A stretch of 47,741 nt of DNA from an uncultured Bacteroidales bacterium (GCA_964416375.1 CAYQDZ010000003.1:1-47741); one strand, 5' to 3'; positions 11,914 through 23,908 are shown, counted from the stretch's first letter. The notes: generated by a model from the sequence alone, not told the origin. Program-made: numbers and translations.

Positions 11914-12429
11914 ATGGCTACAACAATAAGAAGAGTTAAGACAACCGACCTGGAGCTAAAGGACAGACTGGTGAGTATTCAAAGAGTTACCAAGGTAACT
12001 AAAGGAGGGCGTACATTTAGTTTCTCAGCAATTGTAATTGTTGGTAATGAAAATGGAATTGTGGGGTATGGACTTGGCAAAGCCAATGAAGTTACCACGG
12101 CAATAGCAAAAGGTGTGGAAGATGCAAAAAAGAGTTTGGTAAAGGTACCTGTATATAAAGGGACTATACCCCATGAACAGATCTCGAAGTATGGTGGTGC
12201 TACGGTATTTCTTAAACCGGCATCAAGTGGAACAGGAGTAAAAGCAGGAGGAGCTATGAGGGCTGTACTTGAGAGTGTTGGTATTACCGATGTACTGGCA
12301 AAATCAAAAGGATCATCAAATCCTCATAACCTGGTGAAAGCAACCTTTGCAGCACTGCTTGAATTACGGGATGCTTTTACTGTAGCTCAACATCGGAATA
12401 TTTCGGTTGAAAAGGTTTTTAATGGCTAA
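11914..12429 (+). CDS. rpsE: 30S ribosomal protein S5
   Basis: 171 aa, ...[32 protein letters not shown].... Confidence 0.97.
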   Translation: MATTIRRVKTTDLELKDRLVSIQRVTKVTKGGRTFSFSAIVIVGNENGIVGYGLGKANEVTTAIAKGVEDAKKSLVKVPVYKGTIPHEQISKYGGATVFLKPASSGTGVKAGGAMRAVLESVGITDVLAKSKGSSNPHNLVKATFAALLELRDAFTVAQHRNISVEKVFNG

Positions 12430-12446
12430 ACATAAGTACAAATAGA

Positions 12447-12626
12447 ATGGCTAAAGTAAAGATTACTCAGACGAAAAGCAGAATTGGAAGTAACAAGCGA
12501 CAAAAAGCTACTTTGGATGCTCTTGGATTGAGAAAATTAAACAGGACTGTCAAACAGGAGATGTCCCCTCAGATTGAGGGAATGATTAGAAAAGTAAGGC
12601 ATCTAGTAAAAGTTGAAGAATTATAA
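12447..12626 (+). CDS. rpmD: 50S ribosomal protein L30
   Basis: Not in the ORF track (59 aa). ATG at 12447 and TAA at 12624-12626. Hand translation: MAKVKITQTKSRIGSNKRQKATLDALGLRKLNRTVKQEMSPQIEGMIRKVRHLVKVEEL. It sits in the expected slot between rpsE and rplO. Confidence 0.93.
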   Translation: MAKVKITQTKSRIGSNKRQKATLDALGLRKLNRTVKQEMSPQIEGMIRKVRHLVKVEEL

Positions 12627-12646
12627 AAAGCATTAATTTACCAGAT

Positions 12647-13093
12647 ATGGAATTGAATAACTTAAAGCCGGCAAAAGGTTCTGTCAAGAAAAATAAAAGA
12701 CTTGGAAGAGGCCAGGGATCAGGAAGAGGAGGTACTTCTACAAAAGGACATAAAGGACAGAAATCTCGCTCAGGGTACTCAAGAACAATAGGGTTTGAAG
12801 GTGGCCAAATGCCTCTTCAACGCAGGGTTCCAAAATATGGTTTTAAAAATATTAACCGCAAGGAGTATAAAGGGATAAACATATCTACTTTACAGGCTCT
12901 TGCTGAAAAAAATAAACTTACATCTATTGATATAAAGACATTAATTGATGCAGGTCTGGTTTCAAAGAATCATAATGTGAAAATTCTTGGGATGGGAGAG
13001 TTGAAAACAAAGCTTACGGTTAAGGCACATGCATTTTCTAAATCTGCTGTGGAAGCAATCGAATCACTAAAGGGTACTGTTGAAAAAATATAA
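12647..13093 (+). CDS. rplO: 50S ribosomal protein L15
   Basis: 148 aa, ...GRGQGSGRGGTSTKGHKGQKSRSG...GGQMPLQRRVPK.GF. Confidence 0.97.
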   Translation: MELNNLKPAKGSVKKNKRLGRGQGSGRGGTSTKGHKGQKSRSGYSRTIGFEGGQMPLQRRVPKYGFKNINRKEYKGINISTLQALAEKNKLTSIDIKTLIDAGLVSKNHNVKILGMGELKTKLTVKAHAFSKSAVEAIESLKGTVEKI

Positions 13094-13096
13094 ACA

Positions 13097-14422
13097 ATGA
13101 AGAAGTTTTTTGAGACCATAAAGAATATTTATAAGATTGAAGATCTAAGGGCCCGGATATTATATACCCTTGGAATACTTCTTATTTATCGTCTTGGCTC
13201 GAAAGTTGTTTTGCCAGGAGTCAATCCTAATATGCTTTCCGAGCTAAAAGAAAAAACTTCTTCCGGTGTATTGGGGATATTAGACATGTTTTCAGGTGGG
13301 GCGTTTTCCTCAGCATCTATTTTTGCTCTTGGCATTATGCCTTATATCTCCGCTTCCATTGTTATTCAGCTACTTACCATTGCTGTTCCGTATTTTCAGA
13401 GAATGCAGCGTGAAGGGGAAAGTGGAAGGAGAAAAATGAACCAGATTACGAGATACCTCACGGTTATCATCCTGGTCATTCAGGCACCAACATATTTAAC
13501 ACAAATTCCTGAAGCTGCCCGCGTATTACCAGGTATCTTATTCACATTTTCATCCATTCTCATCTTAACAACCGGAACGATATTTGTCATGTGGCTTGGA
13601 GAACGAATTACAGACAAAGGAATTGGCAATGGTATCTCATTGATCATTATGATTGGTATTATTGCCCGCCTTCCTTTTTCTACTATGGGTGAGTTTTATG
13701 CAAGAATGGAAAAATCTGGTGGTGGACTCATAGCATTCCTTGTAGAACTGGTATTTTTGTTTCTTGTATTTGTTGTCAGCATTTTGCTTGTTCAGGGTAC
13801 AAGACGTATTCCGGTTCAATATGCCAAAAGAATTGTTGGGAATAAACAGTATGGCGGGGTCAGACAGTATATTCCCTTAAAAGTGAATGCTGCTGGTGTT
13901 ATGCCTATTATCTTTGCTCAGGCAATCATGTTTTTGCCACTTTCATTTGCCCGCTACGGGGGTGAGGGAGTGACTGGAATAATAGGTGTTTTTGCAAATT
14001 TCACCGGCTTCTGGTACAACTTTATTTTTGCACTTATGATTATTGCATTTACATATTTTTATACGGCAATTACTATTAATCCCCAGCGAATGGCTGAGGA
14101 TATAAGAAAAAATGGCGGATTTATTCCTGGGGTAAAACCCGGAAAGAAAACCATGGAATTTTTCGATAATATATTGTCGCGGATCACTCTTCCCGGATCA
14201 GTGTTCCTTGCCATTGTGGCAATCCTTCCGGCATTTGCAAGGATGGCAGGAATTACTCAGGGTTTTGCTCAATTTTATGGTGGCACATCTCTTTTAATAC
14301 TTGTTGGTGTTGTATTGGATACCTTACAACAAATAGAGAGTCATCTGTTAATGAGACATTATGACGGACTGATGAAGTCCGGACGTGTAAAAGGAAAAGC
14401 AGGAAGCGCTGCTTCAATGTAG
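13097..14422 (+). CDS. secY: Preprotein translocase subunit SecY
   Basis: 441 aa, polytopic with about 10 hydrophobic segments, ...GIMPYISASIVIQLL...GERITDKGIGNGISLII...; operon position after rplO. Confidence 0.97.
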   Translation: MKKFFETIKNIYKIEDLRARILYTLGILLIYRLGSKVVLPGVNPNMLSELKEKTSSGVLGILDMFSGGAFSSASIFALGIMPYISASIVIQLLTIAVPYFQRMQREGESGRRKMNQITRYLTVIILVIQAPTYLTQIPEAARVLPGILFTFSSILILTTGTIFVMWLGERITDKGIGNGISLIIMIGIIARLPFSTMGEFYARMEKSGGGLIAFLVELVFLFLVFVVSILLVQGTRRIPVQYAKRIVGNKQYGGVRQYIPLKVNAAGVMPIIFAQAIMFLPLSFARYGGEGVTGIIGVFANFTGFWYNFIFALMIIAFTYFYTAITINPQRMAEDIRKNGGFIPGVKPGKKTMEFFDNILSRITLPGSVFLAIVAILPAFARMAGITQGFAQFYGGTSLLILVGVVLDTLQQIESHLLMRHYDGLMKSGRVKGKAGSAASM

Positions 14423-14431
14423 AAGTATAAA

Positions 14432-15214
14432 ATGAATGAAGGTTCTTTGATGAATTTTATTAGAACTACTGAAGAGATAGAATTACTTCGAGAAAGCAAT
14501 TTGCTGGTTTCAACTACTCTTGCAGAGCTTGCACAGTGGATAAAACCAGGCGTCAGTACCGCAAAACTGGATGCTCTTGCTGAAGAGTATATAAGAGATC
14601 ATGATGCGGAACCGGGTTTTCTGGGTTATAACGGATACCCAAAGACCTTGTGTACTTCAATTAATAATCAGGTAGTTCATGGCATTCCTTCAGAGGTTGA
14701 ACTGAAAGAAGGAGATATTGTGTCTGTTGATTGCGGGGTATTAAAGAATGGTTATTATGGCGACACTGCTTATACATTTCCTGTTGGAGAAGTTGCAGAT
14801 GAAACCATGAAACTTCTAAAGATTACTAAGGAGTCACTTTACAAAGGTATTGAAGCGGCGGTAGAAGGCAAAAGAATAGGAGACATAGGGTATGCCATAC
14901 AAAGCTATTGTGAGAATAATGGTTACTCAGTGGTTCGGGAATTAGTTGGGCATGGGATTGGAAAAAATCTGCATGAATCGCCGGAAGTACCCAATTACGG
15001 AAGAATGGGAAAAGGCTCAAAACTGAAAAAAGGCATGGTAATATGCATTGAGCCTATGGTTAACATGGGAAGAAAAGAAATAGTGCAGGAAAATGATGGT
15101 TGGACAATAAGAACCGCAGATAAAAAACCTTCAGCTCATTATGAGCTGGCAATTGCTGTTCAGAAAAAAGAGGCAGATAGATTATCAACCTTCAAATACA
15201 TTGAGAAGGTATAA
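14432..15214 (+). CDS. map: Type I methionine aminopeptidase
   Basis: 260 aa, ...NNQVVHGIP...VSVDCG...YYGDTAYTF...VGHGIG...ICIEPM.... An alternative start is Met7 at 14450. Confidence 0.93.
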   Translation: MNEGSLMNFIRTTEEIELLRESNLLVSTTLAELAQWIKPGVSTAKLDALAEEYIRDHDAEPGFLGYNGYPKTLCTSINNQVVHGIPSEVELKEGDIVSVDCGVLKNGYYGDTAYTFPVGEVADETMKLLKITKESLYKGIEAAVEGKRIGDIGYAIQSYCENNGYSVVRELVGHGIGKNLHESPEVPNYGRMGKGSKLKKGMVICIEPMVNMGRKEIVQENDGWTIRTADKKPSAHYELAIAVQKKEADRLSTFKYIEKV

Positions 15215-15231
15215 ATAAATTGAAATTGCAT

Positions 15232-15450
15232 ATGGCAAAACAAGCTTCCATTGAACAGGATGGCTTAATAAAAGAAGCATTATCCAATGCGATGTTCCGG
15301 GTTGAACTGGAAAACGGACACATTATTACTGCTCATATCTCTGGAAAGATGAGAATGCATTATATAAAAATTCTTCCGGGAGATAAAGTAAAAGTTGAAA
15401 TGTCTCCATATGATTTAACAAAAGGAAGAATTACTTACAGATATAAATAG
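15232..15450 (+). CDS. infA: Translation initiation factor IF-1
   Basis: 72 aa from the ATG at 15232: [30 protein letters not shown]...RITYRYK. The ORF-track start at 15220 is a TTG that adds 4 non-conserved residues. Confidence 0.95.
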   Translation: MAKQASIEQDGLIKEALSNAMFRVELENGHIITAHISGKMRMHYIKILPGDKVKVEMSPYDLTKGRITYRYK

Positions 15451-15457
15451 AACAAAA

Positions 15458-15574
15458 ATGAAGGTTAGAGCATCTATTAAAAAACGTTCATCTGAAGATA
15501 AGATTGTCAAAAGAAAAGGACGTTTGTACGTAATTAATAAGAAAAATCCTAAGCATAAACAACGACAGGGATAA
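15458..15574 (+). CDS. rpmJ: 50S ribosomal protein L36
   Basis: Not in the ORF track (38 aa). Hand translation: [38 protein letters not shown], stop TAA at 15572-15574. It sits in the expected slot between infA and rpsM. Confidence 0.93.
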   Translation: MKVRASIKKRSSEDKIVKRKGRLYVINKKNPKHKQRQG

Positions 15575-15602
15575 TAGTAAGAAATTATAAAATAAATTAT
15601 AT

Positions 15603-15980
15603 ATGGCTAGAATTGTTGGTGTCGACTTACCAAAAAATAAACGTGGCGAAATAGGTCTTACATATATTTACGGAATAGGTCGTAGTACTGCCCAGAAAAT
15701 ACTTTTGGAAGCTGGTATTGATTGTAATATTAAAGTGAATGACTGGACTGATGATCAGATTTCCAAAATCAGGGAAATCATCAATGAAAGAATTAAAGTG
15801 GAAGGGGAATTACGATCAGCTGCGCAGCTTAATATCAAAAGACTTTTGGATATTGGTTGTTATCGGGGTATTCGCCATCGTATTGGACTTCCTGTAAGGG
15901 GGCAGAGCACTAAAAATAATGCAAGGACAAGAAAAGGTCGTAAAAAGACAGTTGCTAACAAAAAGAAAGCTACAAAATAA
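15603..15980 (+). CDS. rpsM: 30S ribosomal protein S13
   Basis: 125 aa, [14 protein letters not shown]...[26 protein letters not shown]. Confidence 0.97.
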   Translation: MARIVGVDLPKNKRGEIGLTYIYGIGRSTAQKILLEAGIDCNIKVNDWTDDQISKIREIINERIKVEGELRSAAQLNIKRLLDIGCYRGIRHRIGLPVRGQSTKNNARTRKGRKKTVANKKKATK

Positions 15981-15987
15981 TTAAGAT

Positions 15988-16377
15988 ATGGCTAAGAAAA
16001 CAGGTTCTTCAAAGAAGAAAGTAGTAAAAGTTGATCCGGTAGGGCAAGCACATATACATGCCTCATTCAACAACATCATAATATCTCTTACAAATGTTCA
16101 GGGACAAACAATTTCTTGGGCATCGGCTGGAAAAATGGGATTCAGAGGTTCAAAAAAGAATACTCCTTATGCAGCTCAAACAGCCGCACAGGATTGTGCG
16201 AAGATTGCTTATGATGCGGGACTTAGAAAAGTCAAAGTCTTTGTGAAAGGACCGGGTGCAGGAAGAGAATCTGCTATTCGAACAATTCATACCAACGGTA
16301 TTGAGGTTACTGAGATTGTCGACGTTACTCCTCTTCCTCATAACGGCTGTCGTCCACCAAAAAGGAGAAGAGTATAA
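15988..16377 (+). CDS. rpsK: 30S ribosomal protein S11
   Basis: 129 aa, ...[14 protein letters not shown]...[14 protein letters not shown]...[13 protein letters not shown]. Confidence 0.97.
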   Translation: MAKKTGSSKKKVVKVDPVGQAHIHASFNNIIISLTNVQGQTISWASAGKMGFRGSKKNTPYAAQTAAQDCAKIAYDAGLRKVKVFVKGPGAGRESAIRTIHTNGIEVTEIVDVTPLPHNGCRPPKRRRV

Positions 16378-16408
16378 ATAAAAATTTGAATTTAATTCTT
16401 AACAAATA

Positions 16409-17014
16409 ATGGCTAGATATACAGGACCACGAACCAAGATAGCACGAAAATTTGGAGATGCTATTTTTGGCGCTGATAAGTATTTTGAACGTAAGAACTA
16501 TCCTCCGGGATTTCATGGAGCAAACAAAAAAAGAAGGAAAACTTCAGAATATGGTTTGCAGCTGAAAGAGAAGCAAAAAGCGAAATACACTTATGGCGTA
16601 CTGGAAAAACAATTTTTGAATTTATTTACCAAAGCTTCAAGGAGTAAGGGTGTAACAGGTGAGGTATTACTTCAGTTACTTGAATCCCGGCTTGACAATG
16701 TTGTATATCGACTGGGAATTTCTCCTTCACGATCAGGTGCACGCCAATTGGTATCCCACAGGCATATTACCGTGAATGATCAAGTAGTCAATATACCTTC
16801 GTACTCACTTCGTCCTGGAGACATAGTTGGTATTCGTGAAAAATCTAAAACATTAGAAGCTATTTCTGATTCTCTTGCTAGCCGAAGGGCTTCTGCTTCA
16901 TGGCTTGAATGGGATGATGCGCAATTGACAGGGAAATTCATGAACAGACCTGAAAGGGAAGAGATTCCTGAAAATATTAAGGAACAACTTATAGTTGAAC
17001 TATACTCGAAATAA
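16409..17014 (+). CDS. rpsD: 30S ribosomal protein S4
   Basis: 201 aa, [16 protein letters not shown]...[13 protein letters not shown]...S4 RNA-binding domain. Confidence 0.97.
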   Translation: MARYTGPRTKIARKFGDAIFGADKYFERKNYPPGFHGANKKRRKTSEYGLQLKEKQKAKYTYGVLEKQFLNLFTKASRSKGVTGEVLLQLLESRLDNVVYRLGISPSRSGARQLVSHRHITVNDQVVNIPSYSLRPGDIVGIREKSKTLEAISDSLASRRASASWLEWDDAQLTGKFMNRPEREEIPENIKEQLIVELYSK

Positions 17015-17041
17015 TAAAAAATATATCTTAATCTTTATTTT

Positions 17042-18034
17042 ATGGCCATACTAGCATTCCAGAAACCGGACAAAGTAATAATGATAGAGTCGGACGACTA
17101 TTTCGGTAAATTTGAATTTCGTCCTCTTGAACCGGGTTATGGTATTACTGTAGGTAATGCACTTAGAAGAATATTGCTATCATCACTCGAAGGTTACGCA
17201 ATTACTACCATTAAAATTGAAGGAGTTGAACATGAATTCTCATCCATTACAGGGGTAATTGAAGATGTTACTGATATCATTCTGAATTTAAAACAAATTC
17301 GATTTAAAAAACTTATTGAAGATGTTGATCATGAGAAAATCATGGTTACCATTTCAGGACAAGAAGAGTTTCTGGCAGGGGATTTAAACAGGTATCTGAG
17401 TGGATTTGAGGTATTGAATCCAGAGCTAAAAATCTGCCACATGGAGCCTTCTGTTGAGCTTCAGATGGAAATCAATATTAATAAGGGCCGTGGGTACGTG
17501 CCGGGAGATGAAAATAAACCCCTTGATGCTGAATTTGGTTTGGTCCCGATAGATTCAATATTTACACCCATTAAGAATGTAAAATATACTATCGAGAACT
17601 ATCGTGTTGAACAAAAGACCGATTATGAAAAATTGCTTTTCGAAATTCAGACTGACGGGTCTATCCATCCAAAAGAAGCCTTGAAAGAAGCGGCTAAAAT
17701 ACTTATCTATCACTTTATGCTATTTTCGGATGAGAAAATTACACTCAACACAGATAAGCAATTGGCAAATGAAGAATTTGATGAAGAAGTATTGCATATG
17801 CGACAGCAATTGAAGCAAAAACTTGTTGATCTTGATTTATCAGTACGCGCTTTAAATTGTCTGAAAGCAGCTGAAGTTGAAACACTGGGGGACCTTGTGA
17901 AATTCAATAAAAACGATCTTTTAAAATTCAGGAATTTTGGTAAGAAATCTTTAACTGAACTTGATGAACTTCTTGAAAATCTGAATTTGAGTTTTGGAAT
18001 GGATACTTCAAAATATAAACTTGATAAAGAATAA
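17042..18034 (+). CDS. rpoA: DNA-directed RNA polymerase subunit alpha
   Basis: 330 aa, ...[28 protein letters not shown]...; C-terminal domain [23 protein letters not shown]. Confidence 0.97.
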   Translation: MAILAFQKPDKVIMIESDDYFGKFEFRPLEPGYGITVGNALRRILLSSLEGYAITTIKIEGVEHEFSSITGVIEDVTDIILNLKQIRFKKLIEDVDHEKIMVTISGQEEFLAGDLNRYLSGFEVLNPELKICHMEPSVELQMEININKGRGYVPGDENKPLDAEFGLVPIDSIFTPIKNVKYTIENYRVEQKTDYEKLLFEIQTDGSIHPKEALKEAAKILIYHFMLFSDEKITLNTDKQLANEEFDEEVLHMRQQLKQKLVDLDLSVRALNCLKAAEVETLGDLVKFNKNDLLKFRNFGKKSLTELDELLENLNLSFGMDTSKYKLDKE

Positions 18035-18072
18035 TTCTTGGGTAAAAAAACCCTGAATAAATTGATACTAGA

Positions 18073-18888
18073 ATGCGACACAGAAAGAGTTTTAATCACC
18101 TGAGCAGAACAACCAGTCATAGAAAGGCAATGCTTTCCAACATGGCAGCCTCGTTGATATTACATAAAAGAATTAAAACAACCACAGCAAAAGCAAAAGC
18201 CTTACGGATTTATGTTGAACCGCTCATTACAAAATCCAAGGATGATTCAACACATTCGCGCAGGGTAGTTTTTGGATATCTTCAGAACAAAGATGCTGTG
18301 ACTGAATTATTCCGGGAAGTTTCCCCAAAGATTATAGATCGTCCCGGAGGATATACACGGATATTGAAAATGGGTAACAGGATGGGAGATAATGCAGACA
18401 TGTGTATAATTGAACTGGTTGATTATAATGAAAATCTGCTTAAAGCAAGCGAAGATGCACAGGCAAAATCCGGACGTCGCAGAAGAAGAGGAGGAAAGAA
18501 AAAAACGGATGAGGCACAAACACAAGGAGCTATAGAGCAGACTGATGTTGTGATCCGGGAAGATGAGACCAAAGAAGAAGTTCAGACACCCAGGGAAGAT
18601 TCAGAGATAAAAGCAAGTTCATCAGAAACCACGGAATCTCCTGCTATGGAAGAGAAAACGGAAGAACCTCCTGGAGCAGAGAAAGCAGATTCCGATGTTG
18701 ATACTCCTATCGGGGAATCATCACCTGAAACAAAGTCCGAATCGGAAGATTCAGATACCAAAACAGAAGAAGCAGTAGAAGATAAGGCAGAAGACAAGGT
18801 GGAAGCGAAGAAAGATGATGCAAAAGTCGAGGATAAGAAGGAAGACACGGACAAAGATGATGAATCGGAGGAAACCAAGAAAGAATAA
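18073..18888 (+). CDS. rplQ: 50S ribosomal protein L17 with a long acidic C-terminal extension
   Basis: 271 aa. The N-terminal ~120 aa is L17-like ([21 protein letters not shown]...[26 protein letters not shown]). Roughly the last 145 aa are an E/D/K/S/T-rich low-complexity tail. Confidence 0.94.
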   Translation: MRHRKSFNHLSRTTSHRKAMLSNMAASLILHKRIKTTTAKAKALRIYVEPLITKSKDDSTHSRRVVFGYLQNKDAVTELFREVSPKIIDRPGGYTRILKMGNRMGDNADMCIIELVDYNENLLKASEDAQAKSGRRRRRGGKKKTDEAQTQGAIEQTDVVIREDETKEEVQTPREDSEIKASSSETTESPAMEEKTEEPPGAEKADSDVDTPIGESSPETKSESEDSDTKTEEAVEDKAEDKVEAKKDDAKVEDKKEDTDKDDESEETKKE

Positions 18889-18914
18889 TATCTTATAGAT
18901 TAATATTTTAATAA

Positions 18915-20282
<1,368 letters not shown>

Positions 20283-20301
20283 TGGGTAATCATGGATAAA
20301 T

Positions 20302-20334
20302 AAAAAAGGGCAACAGTTTTGTTGCCCTTTTTTA
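20302..20334 (+). terminator. Rho-independent terminator after eno
   Basis: AAAAAAGGGCAAC-agtttt-GTTGCCCTTTTTT. GGGCAAC/GTTGCCC is a 7-bp GC-rich stem (20308-20314 / 20321-20327) with a 6-nt loop and a T-run. An upstream A-run makes it potentially bidirectional. Confidence 0.85.
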
Positions 20335-20362
20335 TTTATGAGTAATAATTACAACTTCTTAG

Positions 20363-20576
20363 CCTGCATTATTCATAAAAATGAATGAATTTTAATTATT
20401 TATTTGTGATACAGTATTTTATGATAGAACATAGATAAAAAAAAATTCATCCATTTTTACAAAGTACACCAATTTTAGGGCATCTGCTTCGTTGCGAAAG
20501 CCTCGCAGTAAGCTACTACAGCTTCAGCTTCCGACGCCTCGCATCTGCCCCAAACTTGACGCATGAATAATGCAGG
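20363..20576. repeat. 214-bp intergenic segment bounded by perfect 14-bp inverted repeats, with an internal GC-rich, structure-prone core
   Basis: CCTGCATTATTCAT at 20363-20376 and its exact reverse complement ATGAATAATGCAGG at 20563-20576. The core at about 20474-20554 is visibly more GC-rich than its surroundings and contains direct repeats GCCTCGCA x2, GCATCTGC x2 and AGCTTC x2, plus nested hairpins. Confidence 0.6.
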
Positions 20577-20638
20577 TTAGATTGTTTCTTACCAATTAGT
20601 TAACTAATTTTAGTATATATATCTCGGTAACACAACTC

Positions 20639-23600
20639 ATGAGAAGCATATACTCATTATTATTTTTACTGGTTATTTCTCAATTTATTTGGGCCCAAAA
20701 ATACGATCCCACAGACAGGTTTACAATTCAGCATGGTTTATCTCATAATGGAATTACCTGCCTTTATTCCGGTAAAAGCGGGTTTTTATGGGTCGGAACC
20801 ACAGATGGACTGAATCGCTATGATGGTTATACCTTTACAAAGTATAATACTGAATTTAATAATTCTCGCTCCATACCAAATGATCATATTTATAAAATTG
20901 AGGAAGATTATAACAATAATCTCTGGTGTGCTACAGAAGAGGGGATATTTAAACTGAACCTGTTGAATAATACTTTTACTTCCTTCTCTCAATTTATTGA
21001 TACACTTGAATTACCTGATTATATGCCGGTATATGATTTTGTACTGGATACAGTGGGAACCCGTATATTTTTTCTGAGCAGGCATTATTATGGCAAACTG
21101 GACCTTGTGTCAGGCTTAATAGAAAGATATCCCATAAACAACGACGATTATTACGGAACCTTTACAAATAACTTTTGCATTGCTGCCAATATTCAGAATA
21201 AAAAGGTATTGATTGCGAACAGTGAAGGGATTTACAGCCATGACATGGTAAAGGATTCCTTATTCTCCCTATTCGATTCTCACTTTAACCTGTTTCAAAG
21301 AGAGGGTGGAGTCAGGGGAATAAAATATGGTTTACATGATGAAATATGGATTCATACCTCAAAAAGTATCTGGCTCTATGGTAAGCATCGGGAACTCTCA
21401 AAGATATCCTCTTTGAGAATGATTCTTGGCAATGAAAAAAATATCATTTCACTTGAGCAGAGAAGTGATACAACTATTGAAATTTTTACCTCCCGCGGAA
21501 TTCTATTATTCGATTATAAAAATCGTTCATTGCTCTTGTCTACTCAGTTTAATATGCCTCCGGAATCAACACAAAAAACAAGTTCTTGTATTCGAGATAA
21601 ATCAGGTATTTACTGGATTGGCACAAGCAATGGATTATTTAAATTCAATCCTCATAATAATGTTTTCAAACATTACTTTTTGCCAGAGACACTTGACAGA
21701 TCAATTGCTGAAGGTATCTCTTGTGCCACTTTCGATGCCAATGGTAAATTATGGGTGGGTATGAATTCCGGAAATTTATTCATTATAGACGCTCAAGAGA
21801 AAAATTTTACCAAAGCTATTCTGATAAACTATAGAAACAATTCCAGAATTCATTCATTGAAGGAGAGTAGCAAAGGAAGCATACTGGTTTGTTCAAATGA
21901 AGGATTAACAGAATATACCATCCCTAAAAATAATGTATATTCAACGGGTTCAATAAAATCAAAGGCTTTTCCCATAGACGATATTGTTTATAGTATGGAA
22001 GAGGATGGCCCTGATGTGAAATGGATATCTACTGATAAAGAGGTATTGTACCTAAACAATAGCGAGGTTGAAAATTCTTACAATGATCTGTCATCAGAAT
22101 TGGTGCTTTTTGAACCAAGCTTTGAGATTATTACCACTTCCGAAAATGTGTATTTCTTACAACTGCATTCTATACTGGAATTTCAACGTAAAGACGGACA
22201 AATTCAAGTAGTTTCTTTTTCTGACTCCAGTTGGAATAGACAGGCATTATTCAATACCATGTTAGCTCTCGATGAAGAATTTATATTGGTTGGTACCTCT
22301 AACGGCCTTTTTGGATACAATACAGTAAGCCATGATTTCTTACCATATGTAATTGACTCAGTGTGGATTAAAAACTGTATTAATTCCATTATAGCCGATA
22401 ATAAAGGAAATATCTGGATGACCACCAGTGTAGGTATAGCTTCTATCGATAAAGAAAGGAAAAGCATCAGCTTTTTTACTACTCAGGAAGGACTGAATAT
22501 CCCGGGATTTACTGTAAGAGGAGCAACCAAGGCTCGTGATGGCAAACTGTTGTTTTTTGGGAAAAATGAATTTGTTACTTTCTACCCCGATTCATTGGTT
22601 AAAAATGATAAAATTCCGGATGTTGTATTAACCACTGCAATCCTTTCAGGCAAAGAAAAACACAAAACCAGATACTTAATTGGAACGGATACAATAATTG
22701 TTGAACCGGAGTATCGCAATCTCAGGATTAATTTTGCGGCATTAAACTTTTGGAATCCTGAAAGGAATCAGTACAAATACTCCTTAGAACCGATAAATAA
22801 AACAGAGAGGTGGCAATATCTTGGAAATAAGCCTTACATTGAATTGATTGGACTCAAAGCCGGACTCTATTCTTTCAAACTTATGGGATCGAATAGTAAT
22901 GCTATTTGGAATCCAAGTCCGCGTGAATTGATAATTCAGATCAAAGCACCAATCTGGCAATCCAGAATTGCAATTGTGATTTACTCGATCGCTCTGATTA
23001 TCTTGTTTTATTTTACGGTATATATTAGAACCAGACAGTTACGAAAATTAAACAGGGGATATAGAGAAAGAGAACATATTGGCAAAAAGATAGAACTTCA
23101 AAAAGAGGAATTATCAGTAAAGAACAAAAATATTACCGATAGCATCAATTATGCTAAGCGAATACAAATGGCTTTAATGCCATCACAGAAACTATTCAGC
23201 AAATTATTTCCTGATTCTTTCATACTGCATATTCCAAAAGATATTGTCAGTGGAGACTTTTATTGGATCAATGAAGTAGGCGGCAGAATTTACTTTGCAG
23301 CTGTAGACTGTACAGGACATGGAGTCCCGGGTGCTTTTATGTCAGTTATAGGTTTTGAATTGTTTCGGCGTATTACAGAAACAGAAAAGAAAAAACAACC
23401 TGCTGAGATTTTAAATACCTTAAGCAAAGGATTTGAAGAAGTATTCAGTGATGTTGATGATGTAATTCTCCGGGACGGTATGGATGTGGCATTTTGTGCA
23501 ATTGATCATGACATGAAAGTTCTTGAATTTTCCGGGGCTTTTAATCCTCTTTATCTTATTCGTGACAATACAATTACAGAAATAAAGGGAGATCGGTTTT

Positions 23601-23908
23601 CTGTCGGATTGAACGAAGATGGAGCAAATGGTAAGCATTTTAATAACCATGTCATTCCCCTTTCAGAGGGCGATGTCCTCTACATCTTTACCGATGGTTT
23701 TGCTGATCAGTTTGGCGGTCCCGAAGGCAAAAAATACAAATACAGGAGGTTCCGGCATTTGCTTCTTGCACTTCATCAGTTACCTATGGAACGTCAGGGT
23801 GAATTTCTTAAAAGGAGTATCCTGGATTGGAAAGGATCTCTTGATCAGGTTGATGATATCCTGGTCGTAGGAATTAAGGTTGGAAAATCATTCGCTTTAA
23901 AGTCTTAG
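20639..23908 (+). CDS. Periplasmic beta-propeller / Y_Y_Y sensor fused through one TM helix to a cytoplasmic PP2C (SpoIIE-family) Ser/Thr phosphatase
   Basis: 1089 aa. Signal peptide MRSIYSLLFLLVISQFIWAQ. Repeated two-component-regulator propeller blades (GLSHNGITCLY..SGFLWVGTTDGLNRYDGY, ..GIYWIGTSNGLFKFN, ..GNIWMTTSVGIASID). Y_Y_Y-like block NQYKYSLEP...WQYLG...GLYSFKLMG. TM helix IAIVIYSIALIILFYFTVYI. PP2C block SGDFYW...AAVDCTGHGVPGAFMS...DGMDVAF...FTDGFADQ...DDILVVGIKV. Confidence 0.85.
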   Translation: MRSIYSLLFLLVISQFIWAQKYDPTDRFTIQHGLSHNGITCLYSGKSGFLWVGTTDGLNRYDGYTFTKYNTEFNNSRSIPNDHIYKIEEDYNNNLWCATEEGIFKLNLLNNTFTSFSQFIDTLELPDYMPVYDFVLDTVGTRIFFLSRHYYGKLDLVSGLIERYPINNDDYYGTFTNNFCIAANIQNKKVLIANSEGIYSHDMVKDSLFSLFDSHFNLFQREGGVRGIKYGLHDEIWIHTSKSIWLYGKHRELSKISSLRMILGNEKNIISLEQRSDTTIEIFTSRGILLFDYKNRSLLLSTQFNMPPESTQKTSSCIRDKSGIYWIGTSNGLFKFNPHNNVFKHYFLPETLDRSIAEGISCATFDANGKLWVGMNSGNLFIIDAQEKNFTKAILINYRNNSRIHSLKESSKGSILVCSNEGLTEYTIPKNNVYSTGSIKSKAFPIDDIVYSMEEDGPDVKWISTDKEVLYLNNSEVENSYNDLSSELVLFEPSFEIITTSENVYFLQLHSILEFQRKDGQIQVVSFSDSSWNRQALFNTMLALDEEFILVGTSNGLFGYNTVSHDFLPYVIDSVWIKNCINSIIADNKGNIWMTTSVGIASIDKERKSISFFTTQEGLNIPGFTVRGATKARDGKLLFFGKNEFVTFYPDSLVKNDKIPDVVLTTAILSGKEKHKTRYLIGTDTIIVEPEYRNLRINFAALNFWNPERNQYKYSLEPINKTERWQYLGNKPYIELIGLKAGLYSFKLMGSNSNAIWNPSPRELIIQIKAPIWQSRIAIVIYSIALIILFYFTVYIRTRQLRKLNRGYREREHIGKKIELQKEELSVKNKNITDSINYAKRIQMALMPSQKLFSKLFPDSFILHIPKDIVSGDFYWINEVGGRIYFAAVDCTGHGVPGAFMSVIGFELFRRITETEKKKQPAEILNTLSKGFEEVFSDVDDVILRDGMDVAFCAIDHDMKVLEFSGAFNPLYLIRDNTITEIKGDRFSVGLNEDGANGKHFNNHVIPLSEGDVLYIFTDGFADQFGGPEGKKYKYRRFRHLLLALHQLPMERQGEFLKRSILDWKGSLDQVDDILVVGIKVGKSFALKS

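Noticed and set aside
1750-15214. Absence of tuf after fusA and of adk between secY and map, read as deletions.
   Set aside because: This gene order is the normal Bacteroidota arrangement; tuf sits with the secE-nusG cluster elsewhere. It is a taxonomic marker, not an anomaly.
18582-18878. 98-aa Ser-rich ORF on the minus strand.
   Set aside because: It is the antisense shadow of the GAA/GAT-rich acidic tail of rplQ; Glu/Asp codons read backwards as Ser/Phe. The 17710-18120 (-), 6864-7160 (-), 8475-8735 (-) and other minus-strand ORFs inside ribosomal genes are rejected for the same reason.
20474-20564. GC-rich core as a tRNA, an SRP/4.5S RNA, or a real 29-aa protein gene.
   Set aside because: It has no T-loop (GTTCRA) or D-loop signatures and no 7-bp acceptor stem. 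The GGAAGC-containing stretch only superficially resembles the SRP domain IV motif, and the apical loop is not a GNRA tetraloop. The 29-aa peptide is not hydrophobic and has no recognisable features. It is kept only as an unexplained structured repeat.
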